The position numbers were made by a program, and so were the translations under genes. The notes beneath the pieces are model-generated. The model had not been told where the DNA came from. It searched no databases and saw only the letters and a program-made list of their open reading frames with translations. Below, in pieces: positions 31,018-41,341 of a DNA stretch of 64,000 nt (position 1 is its first letter; every line of letters begins with the position of its first letter). Source of the stretch: Oligoflexia bacterium (lineage in GTDB: Bacteria > Bdellovibrionota > UBA1018); assembly GCA_963758495.1 (NCBI GenBank), contig CAVWVI010000003.1:1120001-1184000 (forward strand). Reading direction: 5' to 3'.

Positions 31018-31806
31018 ATGACTCGAAAACCACTCAGCGTCACAATCATTACGCTTAACGAAGAAGAGCACATCCGCAACGCTCTTCAAAGTGTCTCTTG
31101 GGCCGAAGAGAAAATCGTAGTCGACTCAGGAAGTACAGACAAGACTGTCGAAATTGCAAAAAATTTAGGTGCTCAGGTCATTTACAACCCTTGGCCTGGC
31201 TATGGTCAACAAAAGAATTTTGCCCAAAAACATGCTGCCCATGATTGGATACTTAATATTGATGCTGACGAAGTCGTTTCTCCCGAACTTTCTCAAGAGA
31301 TTCAATCAGTGCTCGCACAAATGAACCATGGACGGTTGAATGCATCTGGATTTTCTTTTCCAAGAAAGACTTATTATTTAGGTCGTTGGATTCAACATGG
31401 TGGCTGGTATCCCAATCATTTAGTACGGCTAGCAAATCGAAATGATGCGGAATGGACTGAACCTTCTGTTCATGAAGAACTCAAAGTAACCGGAACAGTA
31501 GTGAGTCTTTTGCAACCACTCCATCATTTTGCCTTTTCGAGTATCCAGGATCAAATTCTCACTAATTTGAGGTTTTCACGCCTCGGATCTCAAGATCTTA
31601 AACAAATTGGACAGGGACCGAGTATCAGCCGACTGATTCTTAAACCGATTGGAAAATTTATAGAGACCTACATAATAAAAGGGGGCTTTTTAGATGGGCT
31701 TCCAGGGTTTATAATAGCAATTAATGCTGCTCATAGCATGTTTCTAAAATATGCATACTTAAGCGAGGCTCAAATTCGAAATGAGAATATTAATAATCGA
31801 CAATAA
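31018..31806 (+). CDS. GT2 glycosyltransferase (WaaE/KdtX/LgtF-like)
   Basis: LSV.IIT.NEE, VDSGSTD.T, IDADE, VHE, GFLDG..G. Confidence 0.88.
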   Translation: MTRKPLSVTIITLNEEEHIRNALQSVSWAEEKIVVDSGSTDKTVEIAKNLGAQVIYNPWPGYGQQKNFAQKHAAHDWILNIDADEVVSPELSQEIQSVLAQMNHGRLNASGFSFPRKTYYLGRWIQHGGWYPNHLVRLANRNDAEWTEPSVHEELKVTGTVVSLLQPLHHFAFSSIQDQILTNLRFSRLGSQDLKQIGQGPSISRLILKPIGKFIETYIIKGGFLDGLPGFIIAINAAHSMFLKYAYLSEAQIRNENINNRQ

Positions 31807-32476
31807 TATTGATGTTGAATGCTGGGGATCCCAAGATTTGTGCCGATTCACCCGAATGACTCAAGGAGCGACCATCTACATACGAAGAGGCCCCCAAGGT
31901 GATCTCCCTAAAGATCCGGCATTCTTTGATCGAATCATTGTTTCTGGTTCAAAAACATCAGCCCTAGAGGACTCTCCTTGGATTAGCCAGCTCATCGAAT
32001 TTATCAGAAAGACGATCCATTCTAACACTCCGTATTTGGGAGTTTGCTATGGTCACCAGATCTTAGCTCGAGCGATCAATAGTAAAGAGTACGTTAGAAA
32101 ATCAGACACACCCGAGTTTGGTTGGACCCAGATTCAAATCGTCGAGCCTTCCTCTCTTTTGCAAGATATTCCCAAAACTTTTTATTCATACTCATTTCAC
32201 TATGACGAAGTGAGTCAACTCCCTAAAGGAATGAGACAGCTTGCTTCGTCAGAGTTATGTTCAATTCAGGCTTGTCAACTTGAGAGACATCCGGTTTTTG
32301 GTATCCAATTTCATCCAGAAAGAAATCTTTCTGATGTCGAAAAAACTCTAAAGCGAAATAAGGAAAAAGGCATTGTGCTTCCACCTTTTTTAAATCTGGG
32401 TCGTGCCGAGAATCTTTATGATCCTAAAATCGGGGAGACAATTTTTAAAAATTTTCTTGAATTGGATAGAAAATAA
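31781..32476 (+). CDS. Class I glutamine amidotransferase-like protein
   Basis: LGVCYGHQ nucleophile elbow, QFHPE. Confidence 0.85.
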   Translation: MRILIIDNNIDVECWGSQDLCRFTRMTQGATIYIRRGPQGDLPKDPAFFDRIIVSGSKTSALEDSPWISQLIEFIRKTIHSNTPYLGVCYGHQILARAINSKEYVRKSDTPEFGWTQIQIVEPSSLLQDIPKTFYSYSFHYDEVSQLPKGMRQLASSELCSIQACQLERHPVFGIQFHPERNLSDVEKTLKRNKEKGIVLPPFLNLGRAENLYDPKIGETIFKNFLELDRK

Positions 32477-33475
32477 ATGACAAAAAAAATCATACCTTTT
32501 TTAAAGCTCACTTTTGTACTTTTTCTTTTGTATTATTTAGTGAAGAAGGGCTTTATTTCAGTTCGAGCTATTCAAACCGCCTTGCAACAACGACAAAGAA
32601 TGCTAGGCGCACTGGGAGCCCTCATTGCTACAACTACTCTTGGAGTTTTCCGGTGGCAATGGCTTTTAAAAGCCCAAAATATTCATATGAGCTGGATACG
32701 AACTTTTCAACTCACCATGATCGGAATTTTCTTTAATATCGCACTGCCTGGCGCTGTGAGTGGCGACTTTGTCAAAGCTTTTTATGTAGGGAAGGAAATC
32801 AAAGGAAAAAAAAGCCGCGCTTTTGGAAGCATTCTCTTTGATCGGGTAGCAGGGTTATCTGCGCTAGTCCTTGTATCGGCTGGAGCATTAGCGCTTGGCT
32901 TTCGCTCTTATTTACACTCACCGTTGTTCAGCGCTATCCAATTTCTAATTGAAGGAGCTGCTCTCTGCGTATTATTCTTTTATGGATACCTTTTTTTAGT
33001 ACGAGAACATCACGATCCCTTGTTGAGACTTTTTCGTAAATTGGAAAAGTCTGTTCCAAAAACTGCTCCCTTAGCCCGAATTTATGAAAGCCTGCGCCAT
33101 TATCACAATCATCGCATGATTGTTTTCAAAGTGTTGGCTCTATCTGTCATGATTCATCTCATAGTGGGTTGGAGCTGCCTGAATTTTGCCCAAGCTCTAG
33201 GCGATTTAAACATACCCATCCTCTCTCTTTATGTCGTCGTACCTTTAGGACTCCTCTTGACTGCCATTCCCGTTGCTCCTGCTGGGGTTGGGACTGGAAA
33301 TCTTGCATTTCTCTATTTATTTAACTTGATGGGTTCTGAGCGAGGTGCAGATGTTTACAGCTTACTCGCAGTCATGAATATTCTAATAGGTGCAATTGGT
33401 GGGATCATTTACTTTCGCTTTAAGAGCGAAGGAGAACTTCCAAAGTTTCAAAGTTCCAAAGTTTCTCAAGTTTAA
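32477..33475 (+). CDS. Lysylphosphatidylglycerol synthase TM / flippase-like (UPF0104) protein
   Basis: RW..LL, FFN..LPG...GD..K, DR..G, P..PAG.G; multi-TM. Confidence 0.8.
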   Translation: MTKKIIPFLKLTFVLFLLYYLVKKGFISVRAIQTALQQRQRMLGALGALIATTTLGVFRWQWLLKAQNIHMSWIRTFQLTMIGIFFNIALPGAVSGDFVKAFYVGKEIKGKKSRAFGSILFDRVAGLSALVLVSAGALALGFRSYLHSPLFSAIQFLIEGAALCVLFFYGYLFLVREHHDPLLRLFRKLEKSVPKTAPLARIYESLRHYHNHRMIVFKVLALSVMIHLIVGWSCLNFAQALGDLNIPILSLYVVVPLGLLLTAIPVAPAGVGTGNLAFLYLFNLMGSERGADVYSLLAVMNILIGAIGGIIYFRFKSEGELPKFQSSKVSQV

Positions 33476-33510
33476 AGAAGGTAAGTGGGCTTTCGGCACA
33501 CCCTTCGCAA

Positions 33511-34659
33511 ATGAAGCCGCCTATGTTCACTCTTCGCCCTTTTCAAGCAGCGGCCCTTCAGGCCATGAATCACTCTCCCTTCCAAGGGAATCACGTCCTA
33601 TGCGTAGCCCCTACAGGCTCTGGCAAGAGTCTGATCTATGAGCAAGCAGCATCGCTCGATGGACGTCGCACTCTGCTGATCACCCCTTTGGTCGCGCTCG
33701 CTCGACAACAATTTAAAAAATTAAAAACTTTAGGTATTCCTGTAAGCCTAGGGGCGGGTGGGGTCTCAGAAAATCCCCCCAATACGAAGACCGGAGCCTG
33801 GATCATCAGTCCTGAAATGCTCAACTTTCCCTCAAGACATAATGCTCTCACTCGATGGAAACCCAACTTACTTGTTGTAGATGAATGTCATTGCTTATGG
33901 GAATGGGGTGAATCATTTAGACCTTCATTCACGCTCATTCCAGAACTGCTGCAAAAATATTCAATACTCCAAAGCCTATGGCTAACTGCCACTTTACCTT
34001 TTGAAGCTCGATCCCAAATTCGTCAACTCCTACCCCAACCCTTGATTGAAATTGGACATTTTGAACTTCCCAAACAACTCCTTCTTTATGTCCAGCAAGT
34101 AGGCTGGGAAAATCGTGCTCAGACCTTGCTCAGCTGGGTTCTTCGTCAAAAAGGCGCCGGAATTATATTTGTACCCACTCGAGAAGCCACACTTCGCGTA
34201 TCCCGTTTGATAGAAGCCACTGGGAAAAAAGTACTGATCTATCATGGGGGAATGTCTAGAGAGGAAAGAAAAAATGCTGAGTCTCTCGTATCGCAAAATA
34301 TTCACTCAGTGATTGTGGCCACTTCAGCCTTCGGCATGGGAATGGACTATCCACACCTCACTTATGTAGTCCTTTGGCAGGCCCCCACTTCTCTTCTTTC
34401 TCTAGTGCAAACGATTGGACGAGTCGGGCGTAATATTCAAAAAAAAGCACATGCGCTTGTTTTGTGGGACCATGATGATTTTAGATTGCTAGAGTGGACA
34501 GTTCAACATTCTCCAAAACGAAGACAAGAACTAGCTGATTTATTCATATTTTTTAAATCTAATACATGTAGAACATTCGCGCTCAAGCGTTACTTTGATC
34601 GAATTACCCATTGTGGAACTTGTGGCCAATGCGATATTTGTCTAAAGGAAGCAGACTGA
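33511..34659 (+). CDS. recQ: Short RecQ-family helicase
   Basis: PTGSGKSL.Y, DECHC..EWG..FRP, YHGG, ATSAFGMG.D, Q.IGR.GR, C-terminal CR...CG.CD.C. Confidence 0.85.
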   Translation: MKPPMFTLRPFQAAALQAMNHSPFQGNHVLCVAPTGSGKSLIYEQAASLDGRRTLLITPLVALARQQFKKLKTLGIPVSLGAGGVSENPPNTKTGAWIISPEMLNFPSRHNALTRWKPNLLVVDECHCLWEWGESFRPSFTLIPELLQKYSILQSLWLTATLPFEARSQIRQLLPQPLIEIGHFELPKQLLLYVQQVGWENRAQTLLSWVLRQKGAGIIFVPTREATLRVSRLIEATGKKVLIYHGGMSREERKNAESLVSQNIHSVIVATSAFGMGMDYPHLTYVVLWQAPTSLLSLVQTIGRVGRNIQKKAHALVLWDHDDFRLLEWTVQHSPKRRQELADLFIFFKSNTCRTFALKRYFDRITHCGTCGQCDICLKEAD

Positions 34660-34707
34660 TCTTTGACGATGTCAATCGATTCAGTAGATGACTAATTTTA
34701 TTAAATA

Positions 34708-34785
<78 letters not shown>

Positions 34786-34898
34786 ACACTCATTAAATCT
34801 ATGATTCCATTAGGATCACTGCGGTTTTTAGACCGCTTAGAGATTTACCTTAATTACCGGATCTTACAGGCTATTACAATAACTTTACTGCCAATTTT

Positions 34899-36362
34899 TT
34901 AAAAAAGACTCTTGAGTCCAATTAAAGTAACGTCATTTTCAGTCGCCCTCATTGCAGCCTGGAGCGTAGGCTCTTTTGAAATGCACAGATACCGCTTCAC
35001 CGAATAAGATGGGGGTGGAATGTATTTTTTTTTGGCAACCTTTTTAATATATTTCGAACCCTCATTATTGTCAGGACCAACCCACTTACACTCTATAATA
35101 CGAGAAATTCGATCTTTTTGATGTTCTACGAGAATGTCAATTTCAGTTTCTTTGTCCCAATAAAATAGGACATCATATTCATTATCCCTCAATAGAAGGA
35201 GTTTGTAGAGTTCTGAACTATGTACAGTTTTTCTTTCAAGACTGTATCGAACTAATAACTCAAAGGCTTTGCCTGAGAAATTCTGAATAAAATAATTTGC
35301 ATTACTGTTTCCAACGACTTGCGGAAACAATAGGCCCTTGGCTTTATTGGATTCAATTTTCGACTTATATGGAAGAAGCACTTGAAAATAAAAACCGAGA
35401 TAAAAGTCCTTCATAAAATAAAGGGTGCCTGCTTCATTTTGCTTTTTAGTGTGAGCAGGGGCCTTTTGAAATACCAGCCCATAATCCGAAAGATTTTTAA
35501 GGGCACGTGCGACCGTTGTAAGAGCAAAGCCGGTAATCCTTTGTATCGCCGCTTGTGTTGTCCCACTTTGCCCTAAGCAGCTCAATATTGTTTTCGCCGT
35601 TTTCAGTCCGTGCTCATTAAATTCAAGACGAAGAACCTCATCTATTTCTTCCAAGAAAATAGTATCGTCTGTGAAAACAGCGTCGTTCATGCACTGAATG
35701 AATCCGCGACTAGAGTCTTTTATTCGGTTGAGATAGTAGGGGATTCCTCCCAACATCATATATGTCAGAGCAACTTCTTCATTCTTCCATTTAGGAAAGT
35801 AGAGTTTCTTTACCTGCCCCAACGTAAAAGGGTAAATCCAGATATCCGATCGAGTTTTTAATCCCCTCAGAATCGCTTCTTCGCCCCCTGTTTTTTGCAA
35901 AAAAAATTTATTTGAGGAACCACAAATAATAACTTTTACTCCAAGACTTTCCCAATCCAGCCAAGCTTCTTTTATAGCTCCAATACATCCAGACTTCGCT
36001 TTTGCAATCCATTGAATCTCATCGAATATGAGAATCACCCCGACTTTACTTTCTCGAACATGGTCAGAGATTTCAGAGAAAACCCTTATCCAACTCAGTC
36101 TCTTGAGTTCCGTGAGTCGAGTCTTGCCTGTAAACTTATCCCATTGCTCTGCAAAGGAATCAAGGAGCCCCCTCGTTGTGGAATCACCGGCTCCAAAGAA
36201 ATAAAAGACATGGGGTGTGGTGCGCTGCAGTTCCTTGAGGAGCGTTGATTTTCCTACGCGTCGTCTTCCTCGCACATATGCGAAGCCTGCTCTTTTCGAG
36301 GTTGCGAAAGCTGAGAGTTCTTTCAGTTCGATTGATCTGCCGAGCAGTGCCTGTTCACTCAT
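34899..36362 (-). CDS. AAA+ ATPase (archaeal-ATPase/DUF234 type) with wHTH and C-terminal PD-(D/E)xK-like domain
   Basis: GR..EL, GRRRVGKS, IFDEIQW, ICGS, GGIPYYL, EIDI...IECKW. Confidence 0.85.
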   Translation of the reverse strand: MSEQALLGRSIELKELSAFATSKRAGFAYVRGRRRVGKSTLLKELQRTTPHVFYFFGAGDSTTRGLLDSFAEQWDKFTGKTRLTELKRLSWIRVFSEISDHVRESKVGVILIFDEIQWIAKAKSGCIGAIKEAWLDWESLGVKVIICGSSNKFFLQKTGGEEAILRGLKTRSDIWIYPFTLGQVKKLYFPKWKNEEVALTYMMLGGIPYYLNRIKDSSRGFIQCMNDAVFTDDTIFLEEIDEVLRLEFNEHGLKTAKTILSCLGQSGTTQAAIQRITGFALTTVARALKNLSDYGLVFQKAPAHTKKQNEAGTLYFMKDFYLGFYFQVLLPYKSKIESNKAKGLLFPQVVGNSNANYFIQNFSGKAFELLVRYSLERKTVHSSELYKLLLLRDNEYDVLFYWDKETEIDILVEHQKDRISRIIECKWVGPDNNEGSKYIKKVAKKKYIPPPSYSVKRYLCISKEPTLQAAMRATENDVTLIGLKSLF

Positions 36363-36369
36363 AATTTAC

Positions 36370-36530
36370 AAAAACTACCGCTTTATCTAAAAAATGTAAA
36401 CCGGTAGTTTTTTTATTGTATAATATCAATTAGTTAAATATAGAGTAATAATACTGCCTTGTAAAAAGCTATGAAAACAATAAGATAAAAACTACCTATT
36501 ATCCTACACAATAATAAACCGGTAGTTTTT
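36370..36530. promoter_or_regulatory. Two inverted-repeat operator-like sites flanking an IHF-consensus site
   Basis: AAAAACTACC-N23-GGTAGTTTTT (36370-36412), AAAAACTACC-N24-GGTAGTTTTT (36487-36530), TATCAATTAGTTA at 36424-36436. Confidence 0.6.
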
Positions 36531-36571
36531 GAAAGAGTCGCTCAAAAAATAAATATGTGAAGAGCAGTGAA

Positions 36572-37492
36572 TTACAAACTCACAGCCAAGCGAGCCACTA
36601 AAGCCGCTTGGATTCTGGAAGGGCGCTTTTCTTCACGCTCCATGCTTTGTACAATCTCAAAATTATCAGGATTGCTAAAAATTTCATTTAAAAGCCTACA
36701 ATGAAGATCATGGCCCGCGCGATGAAGGCGTACATAGGCCTGCATGGGAATTCCCGCTAATTTAAAATCTCCAAGTGCATCTAAAACTTTATGTCTAACG
36801 AATTCATCAGGATATCGAAGACCATCAGGATTTAAAATAAGGGCGTGATCCAAAACCACAGCATTTTCAAGCGAAGCCCCTCGAGCAAGTCCCATACTTT
36901 TGAGCTTTTCTACATCGCGTAAAAAACCAAATGTTCGAGCTCCTGCCAATTCGCAGAAATCCGTTTTGCCTTCTTGATAATGAAACTCCTGGTATCCAAT
37001 CGAAGGATGATCCCATTCAATTGAGCCATGAATTTCAAGCTTTGCGGCAGGCTCAGCTACGGCCCACTTTTCCCCCAGCTTTAACTCTACTTTTTTCCGA
37101 AGTGCTAGATAGGAGCGATATTGAAATTGAGATTCGATCCCGACAGAAGCAATCGCGTCACAAAATGCCCTCGAACTTCCATCCATCACAGGCACTTCGG
37201 GTCCATCTACTTCAATCATAGCATTATCAACTTCTAATCCATGAAATGCAGCTAAAACATGTTCAACCGTACTGATCGTAGCAGGTCCATACCCCAAGGT
37301 AGTTGCCATCTGAGTACTTACGACATGATTATAGAGAGCAGAAATCTTAGGACAACCTGGAAGATCAGTCCGAACAAACACAATTCCAGTATGAGGAGAA
37401 GCAGGCTTAAGTGTGATACGGGTAGATTTACCTGAATGAACCCCCACTCCCATCAGAGAAACTTCAGCTTTTAAAGTTCGTTGTAAACCCAT
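36572..37492 (-). CDS. lpxC: UDP-3-O-acyl-GlcNAc deacetylase
   Basis: QRTL, G.G.HSG, TVEH, DGSS, ARTFGF, HKVLD..GD, GH; ATG at 37492 with GGAGAG RBS. Confidence 0.96.
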   Translation of the reverse strand: MGLQRTLKAEVSLMGVGVHSGKSTRITLKPASPHTGIVFVRTDLPGCPKISALYNHVVSTQMATTLGYGPATISTVEHVLAAFHGLEVDNAMIEVDGPEVPVMDGSSRAFCDAIASVGIESQFQYRSYLALRKKVELKLGEKWAVAEPAAKLEIHGSIEWDHPSIGYQEFHYQEGKTDFCELAGARTFGFLRDVEKLKSMGLARGASLENAVVLDHALILNPDGLRYPDEFVRHKVLDALGDFKLAGIPMQAYVRLHRAGHDLHCRLLNEIFSNPDNFEIVQSMEREEKRPSRIQAALVARLAVSL

Positions 37493-37520
37493 AGCTCTCC
37501 TTGCCTTTGACACAGAGAGA

Positions 37521-37537
37521 AGCAAGCGCTGTGCCTA
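37521..37537 (-). promoter_or_regulatory. Candidate sigma54 -24/-12 promoter of lpxC
   Basis: Minus strand TAGGCACAGCGCTTGCT (GG-N10-GC). Confidence 0.55.
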
Positions 37538-37744
37538 AATCACAAAGACATACACATTTATTATTTTTTTTACATATAAAGCAAATTCATATGTAATTTC
37601 AGCTAGTAAGAAATACAGACTCATCCAATTCGAGATTGAAACTATTTGCTTTAAGAAACTCATTGGCAAAAAGTGTGTCTTTGATTACACAACTTGCCTT
37701 TGAACCTGTGTTGTTTACACAACACTTAGAATAAATAAATCACC

Positions 37745-38848
37745 TTAAACCATCTCGTCCGAGACTGCCTCTTTAACATCCCAAGTACGTCCTAGATGCT
37801 CATATGCAGTACGGGTCACCATTCGACCCCGTGGAGTGCGCTGAATAAAGCCCTCTTGTAATAGATAAGGCTCATATACATCTTCTAAAGTATCTCTTTC
37901 TTCACCAATGGCTGAGGAAAGGGTTTCAATTCCTACAGGACCCCCATCGAATTTCTCAATAATCGTCAAAAGGAATTTCCGATCGAGAGAGTCCAAACCT
38001 CGATCATCCACTTCAAATAACGCCAAAGCAGCACGAGCAGTATCGCGGTCCACCTGTGCTAATCCCTCAATCGATTTCCTCTTCACTTGAGCAAAATCAC
38101 GTACTCGCTTGAGTAACCGATTTGCAATCCGAGGAGTGCCCCGGGAACGCTTCGCAATTTCATTACAACCCGAAGAATCAATCTCTATTTGAAGGAGTCC
38201 TGCCGAACGATAAACAATTCGCTCCAATTCGTCCACCGGATAGAAATCAAGTCTAAGCTGAACTCCAAACCGGTCTCGTAACGGACTCGACAGCAATCCT
38301 GTTCGAGTCGTTGCTCCGACGAGTGTAAATTTAGGCAAATCAATTCTTAACGTGCGAGCTGCCGGACCTTGACCAATAATGAGATCGAGTTTGAAATCTT
38401 CCATGGCCCCATACAGAACTTCTTCGATACTTTTTTGTAATCGATGTACCTCATCAATAAAAAGAACATCTCCGACACCCAGATTAGTCAAGATCGCAGC
38501 TAAATCCCCTTTTTTCTCCACATTTGGTCCGGTAACTACGTGAATTTGGGTACCCATCTCATGAGCAATAATATTGGCTAAAGTGGTCTTCCCTAAACCA
38601 GGGGGACCAGCAAGAAGAACATGATCCAGTGAATCCCCTCTTCCTCGAGCAGCTTCCATAAATAAAGAGAGATTCTCTTTGACTTTCTTTTGTCCAATAT
38701 ACTCTCCCATAATGGAAGGCCTGAGACTCTTCTCTAATTGCTGCTCCTTTTGATCATAGGATTCATTGTCCGAATGACTGTCTGATTGACCATCTGATTG
38801 AATGATCAGCTCTGAACTGACAATTCGTGAAAATTCCTGCGACTCCAT
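37745..38848 (-). CDS. ruvB: Holliday junction branch migration helicase
   Basis: [37 protein letters not shown]. Confidence 0.97.
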   Translation of the reverse strand: MESQEFSRIVSSELIIQSDGQSDSHSDNESYDQKEQQLEKSLRPSIMGEYIGQKKVKENLSLFMEAARGRGDSLDHVLLAGPPGLGKTTLANIIAHEMGTQIHVVTGPNVEKKGDLAAILTNLGVGDVLFIDEVHRLQKSIEEVLYGAMEDFKLDLIIGQGPAARTLRIDLPKFTLVGATTRTGLLSSPLRDRFGVQLRLDFYPVDELERIVYRSAGLLQIEIDSSGCNEIAKRSRGTPRIANRLLKRVRDFAQVKRKSIEGLAQVDRDTARAALALFEVDDRGLDSLDRKFLLTIIEKFDGGPVGIETLSSAIGEERDTLEDVYEPYLLQEGFIQRTPRGRMVTRTAYEHLGRTWDVKEAVSDEMV

Positions 38849-38878
38849 AACTGTTTCCTTAAATTTTCTTTAAATTCT

Positions 38879-39556
38879 TTAGGCAAGTTGCCTAAGAGCC
38901 GTTCGAATTAAATCTTCTGCACGCTTAGGCGGCAGTTCACTATCATTTAAAACCTGGTTTAATAGCTGTTGAATATCTTGCTCTCGATAACCTAAATTTA
39001 ATAATGCTGCTTTTGCATCCCGCACTACACTCGTGTCCGTAGTGTTCTCTAGACCTTTCACCCCATCTCCCTCCAAGGAGTTTTGGGAAGAGTTTTTCGA
39101 CTTCGAAGTTTTTGCCAAAATTCCCAAATCTACTTTTTTCTTAATTGAATCTCGTAACTCCACTACAACACGTTCTGCCGTTTTTTTCCCGATCCCCGGA
39201 GCTCGCGTCAAAAATGCTTGATCTCCCTGTATAATCGCATCAACGAGTTGATTGGGCTCAACAACTGAAAGAATTCCAAGAGCACTTTTGGGACCGATCC
39301 CGTTGACAGTCAATAAAGTTAAAAATAAAGCTTTCTCAAATTTGGAATTAAATCCATAAAGGTCAAACGACTCTTCTCGAACATGAGTATGCACAAAAAG
39401 CTCAATCATTTGACCGGCTAAGTAAGAACCATAAATCGCACTCTGAGGTACAGCAACGGAATATCCCACCACACCCGACTGTTTTCGATCTCCAACACCG
39501 ATCAGCATCTTTCCATCTGAATGTTCTAGAATTTCACCCTGTAAATATCCAATCAT
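38879..39556 (-). CDS. ruvA: Holliday junction binding protein
   Basis: MIGYLQG, VRE....LYGF, V.GIGPK.AL, PGIGKKTAER, AL..LGY. Confidence 0.95.
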   Translation of the reverse strand: MIGYLQGEILEHSDGKMLIGVGDRKQSGVVGYSVAVPQSAIYGSYLAGQMIELFVHTHVREESFDLYGFNSKFEKALFLTLLTVNGIGPKSALGILSVVEPNQLVDAIIQGDQAFLTRAPGIGKKTAERVVVELRDSIKKKVDLGILAKTSKSKNSSQNSLEGDGVKGLENTTDTSVVRDAKAALLNLGYREQDIQQLLNQVLNDSELPPKRAEDLIRTALRQLA

Positions 39557-39559
39557 TCA

Positions 39560-40159
39560 TTAAACTTTCTTGAAGTAAGTGATTCCCAATGATTCTGCTA
39601 GGGACGGTCTTTTCTTATTACGCCGATTTAACCCAGACTTCAAGGCGGCTGAAATAGCTGTTTCTTTTCCATCTATCGTACGATCCACAAAAGCGTGACA
39701 GATTGCCAAGGCCAATGCATCGGAAGCATCCAGCGTCACAAATGACTGCTTCCCAATAAGAATTTGAATCATTTTTGCCACTTGCTCTTTATCCGCCTGT
39801 CCATGTCCTGCCACCACCCTCTTCACTTCGGTGGGACTATAATCCACGATATGTAAAGAATGAATTTTGCCTGTTAAAATGACGGCTCCTCGCGCCTGAC
39901 CGAGCTTCAATGCTGAAAGTGCATTCTTAGCAAAAAAAACTTTCTCAACCACCATGACTTTAGGTTTAAATTCCTGAATGATAGCAGACAACCCCTCATA
40001 AATAGAAAGGAGTCTATCTTCAAAGGAAGCTATTGATTTACCACTCGTCTTTGAGAGTCTTAAAGTGCCATGTGCAACATGCTGCAGCTGATTTCCTACT
40101 TTATCAATACAGCCATAGCCTGTAAGTCGGGAACCTGGATCAACCCCAAGAATTCGCAT
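39560..40159 (-). CDS. ruvC: Crossover junction endodeoxyribonuclease
   Basis: ILGVDPG, E.VF, LGQARG, G.ADKEQV, DASDALA.A.CH. Confidence 0.95.
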   Translation of the reverse strand: MRILGVDPGSRLTGYGCIDKVGNQLQHVAHGTLRLSKTSGKSIASFEDRLLSIYEGLSAIIQEFKPKVMVVEKVFFAKNALSALKLGQARGAVILTGKIHSLHIVDYSPTEVKRVVAGHGQADKEQVAKMIQILIGKQSFVTLDASDALALAICHAFVDRTIDGKETAISAALKSGLNRRNKKRPSLAESLGITYFKKV

Positions 40160-40172
40160 CAATCACCGCTCG

Positions 40173-41312
40173 TCAAACAAGCGTACGGTCATAAATTCGG
40201 TAAACCTTAGTTCTCTCGCCGCACATCAACTGTAAGGCCTTGTTCATGGGCTTATTGTCTTCCAAAATCCAAGACGCCTCCCCCACTGGGTATCCTAATG
40301 CAGGCCCCCTCTTTAGATATTCCGTATAGAGCAAAGGCCCTATACCCGACTCTCGATAAGCTTTCTTAATCCCCAAAGTTAAAATACGACATCGATTGAT
40401 AGTTGATTTCCTCCCTGGTCCTTTCAAATTCCACAACAGCTTGAAAATTCCAGTCGGGAAAAGCTTACCATCTTTTACTTTTTTAATTGCTTGATTCACA
40501 TCGGGCAGAGTCAATGCAAAACCTGCAGGTACACCCCGAACCTCTGCAATTAAACAAAGCTCAGGATCTAAAATCATTTTTAGATCTTTTGCCATATGTC
40601 TAAACTCATCTGGTTCCATGGGCACAAAACCCCAATTTTTTTCCCAGGCGTCGTTATAGATATCTAAAATAATCTCAATTTCCTTTTCAAACTGACTCAT
40701 TCGTACAGGTCGAAAAGTGACTGCACCCCGTTTTTTTAAGCGTTCAGATTGCACAACAAGACGATCAGAAAATTTTGCTTTCCTTCCATCAATGTCATAC
40801 GCAAAGAGATCTTTAGACTTTAAACAACCCCAACTCTCAAGCATTTTAAAATAATAGGGAGGGTTATAGGTCATCATCACTGTAGGTGGGTCATTAAAGC
40901 CTTCAACCAAGAGTCCGCACTCATGGTTCGTGCTTGGATTCATGGGCCCTCTGAGTAAATTCATGCCTTGAGTTTTTGCCCATCGCGCCACTTCATCCAT
41001 AAGCAAATCCACCACTTTTTGATCTTCAACGGCTTCGAAAAATCCAAAAAATGCGGTTTTTTCATCATGATATTTATTGTGATTCTCATCCACAATACCC
41101 ACGACGCGCCCTACACACTTCCCATTTTGATGAACCAGCACTGGATGCATGTAAGAATGCTTAAAAAAAGGATTTTTATTTACATCAAGGATATCTTTAA
41201 CTGCAATTTTTAGGGGCGGTACCCAATTTGAATCTCCCCGATAAACATTCCAAGGAAGATCAATAAACTCACACCAGTCAGCCTTAGTCTCAACCGATTT
41301 CAGTTGATACAC
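40173..41312 (-). CDS. GNAT/YghO-like acyltransferase, probable bacterial ceramide synthase (bCerS-like)
   Basis: F..LP..VY..D..WVPPL, FGFFE, GP.N, YNPPYY, NDAW..NWGFVP, SWILEDN; directly downstream of spt-like gene. Confidence 0.7.
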   Translation of the reverse strand: MYQLKSVETKADWCEFIDLPWNVYRGDSNWVPPLKIAVKDILDVNKNPFFKHSYMHPVLVHQNGKCVGRVVGIVDENHNKYHDEKTAFFGFFEAVEDQKVVDLLMDEVARWAKTQGMNLLRGPMNPSTNHECGLLVEGFNDPPTVMMTYNPPYYFKMLESWGCLKSKDLFAYDIDGRKAKFSDRLVVQSERLKKRGAVTFRPVRMSQFEKEIEIILDIYNDAWEKNWGFVPMEPDEFRHMAKDLKMILDPELCLIAEVRGVPAGFALTLPDVNQAIKKVKDGKLFPTGIFKLLWNLKGPGRKSTINRCRILTLGIKKAYRESGIGPLLYTEYLKRGPALGYPVGEASWILEDNKPMNKALQLMCGERTKVYRIYDRTLV

Positions 41313-41341
41313 GCGTCACCCCTTTATTAAATTTTTAAAAC

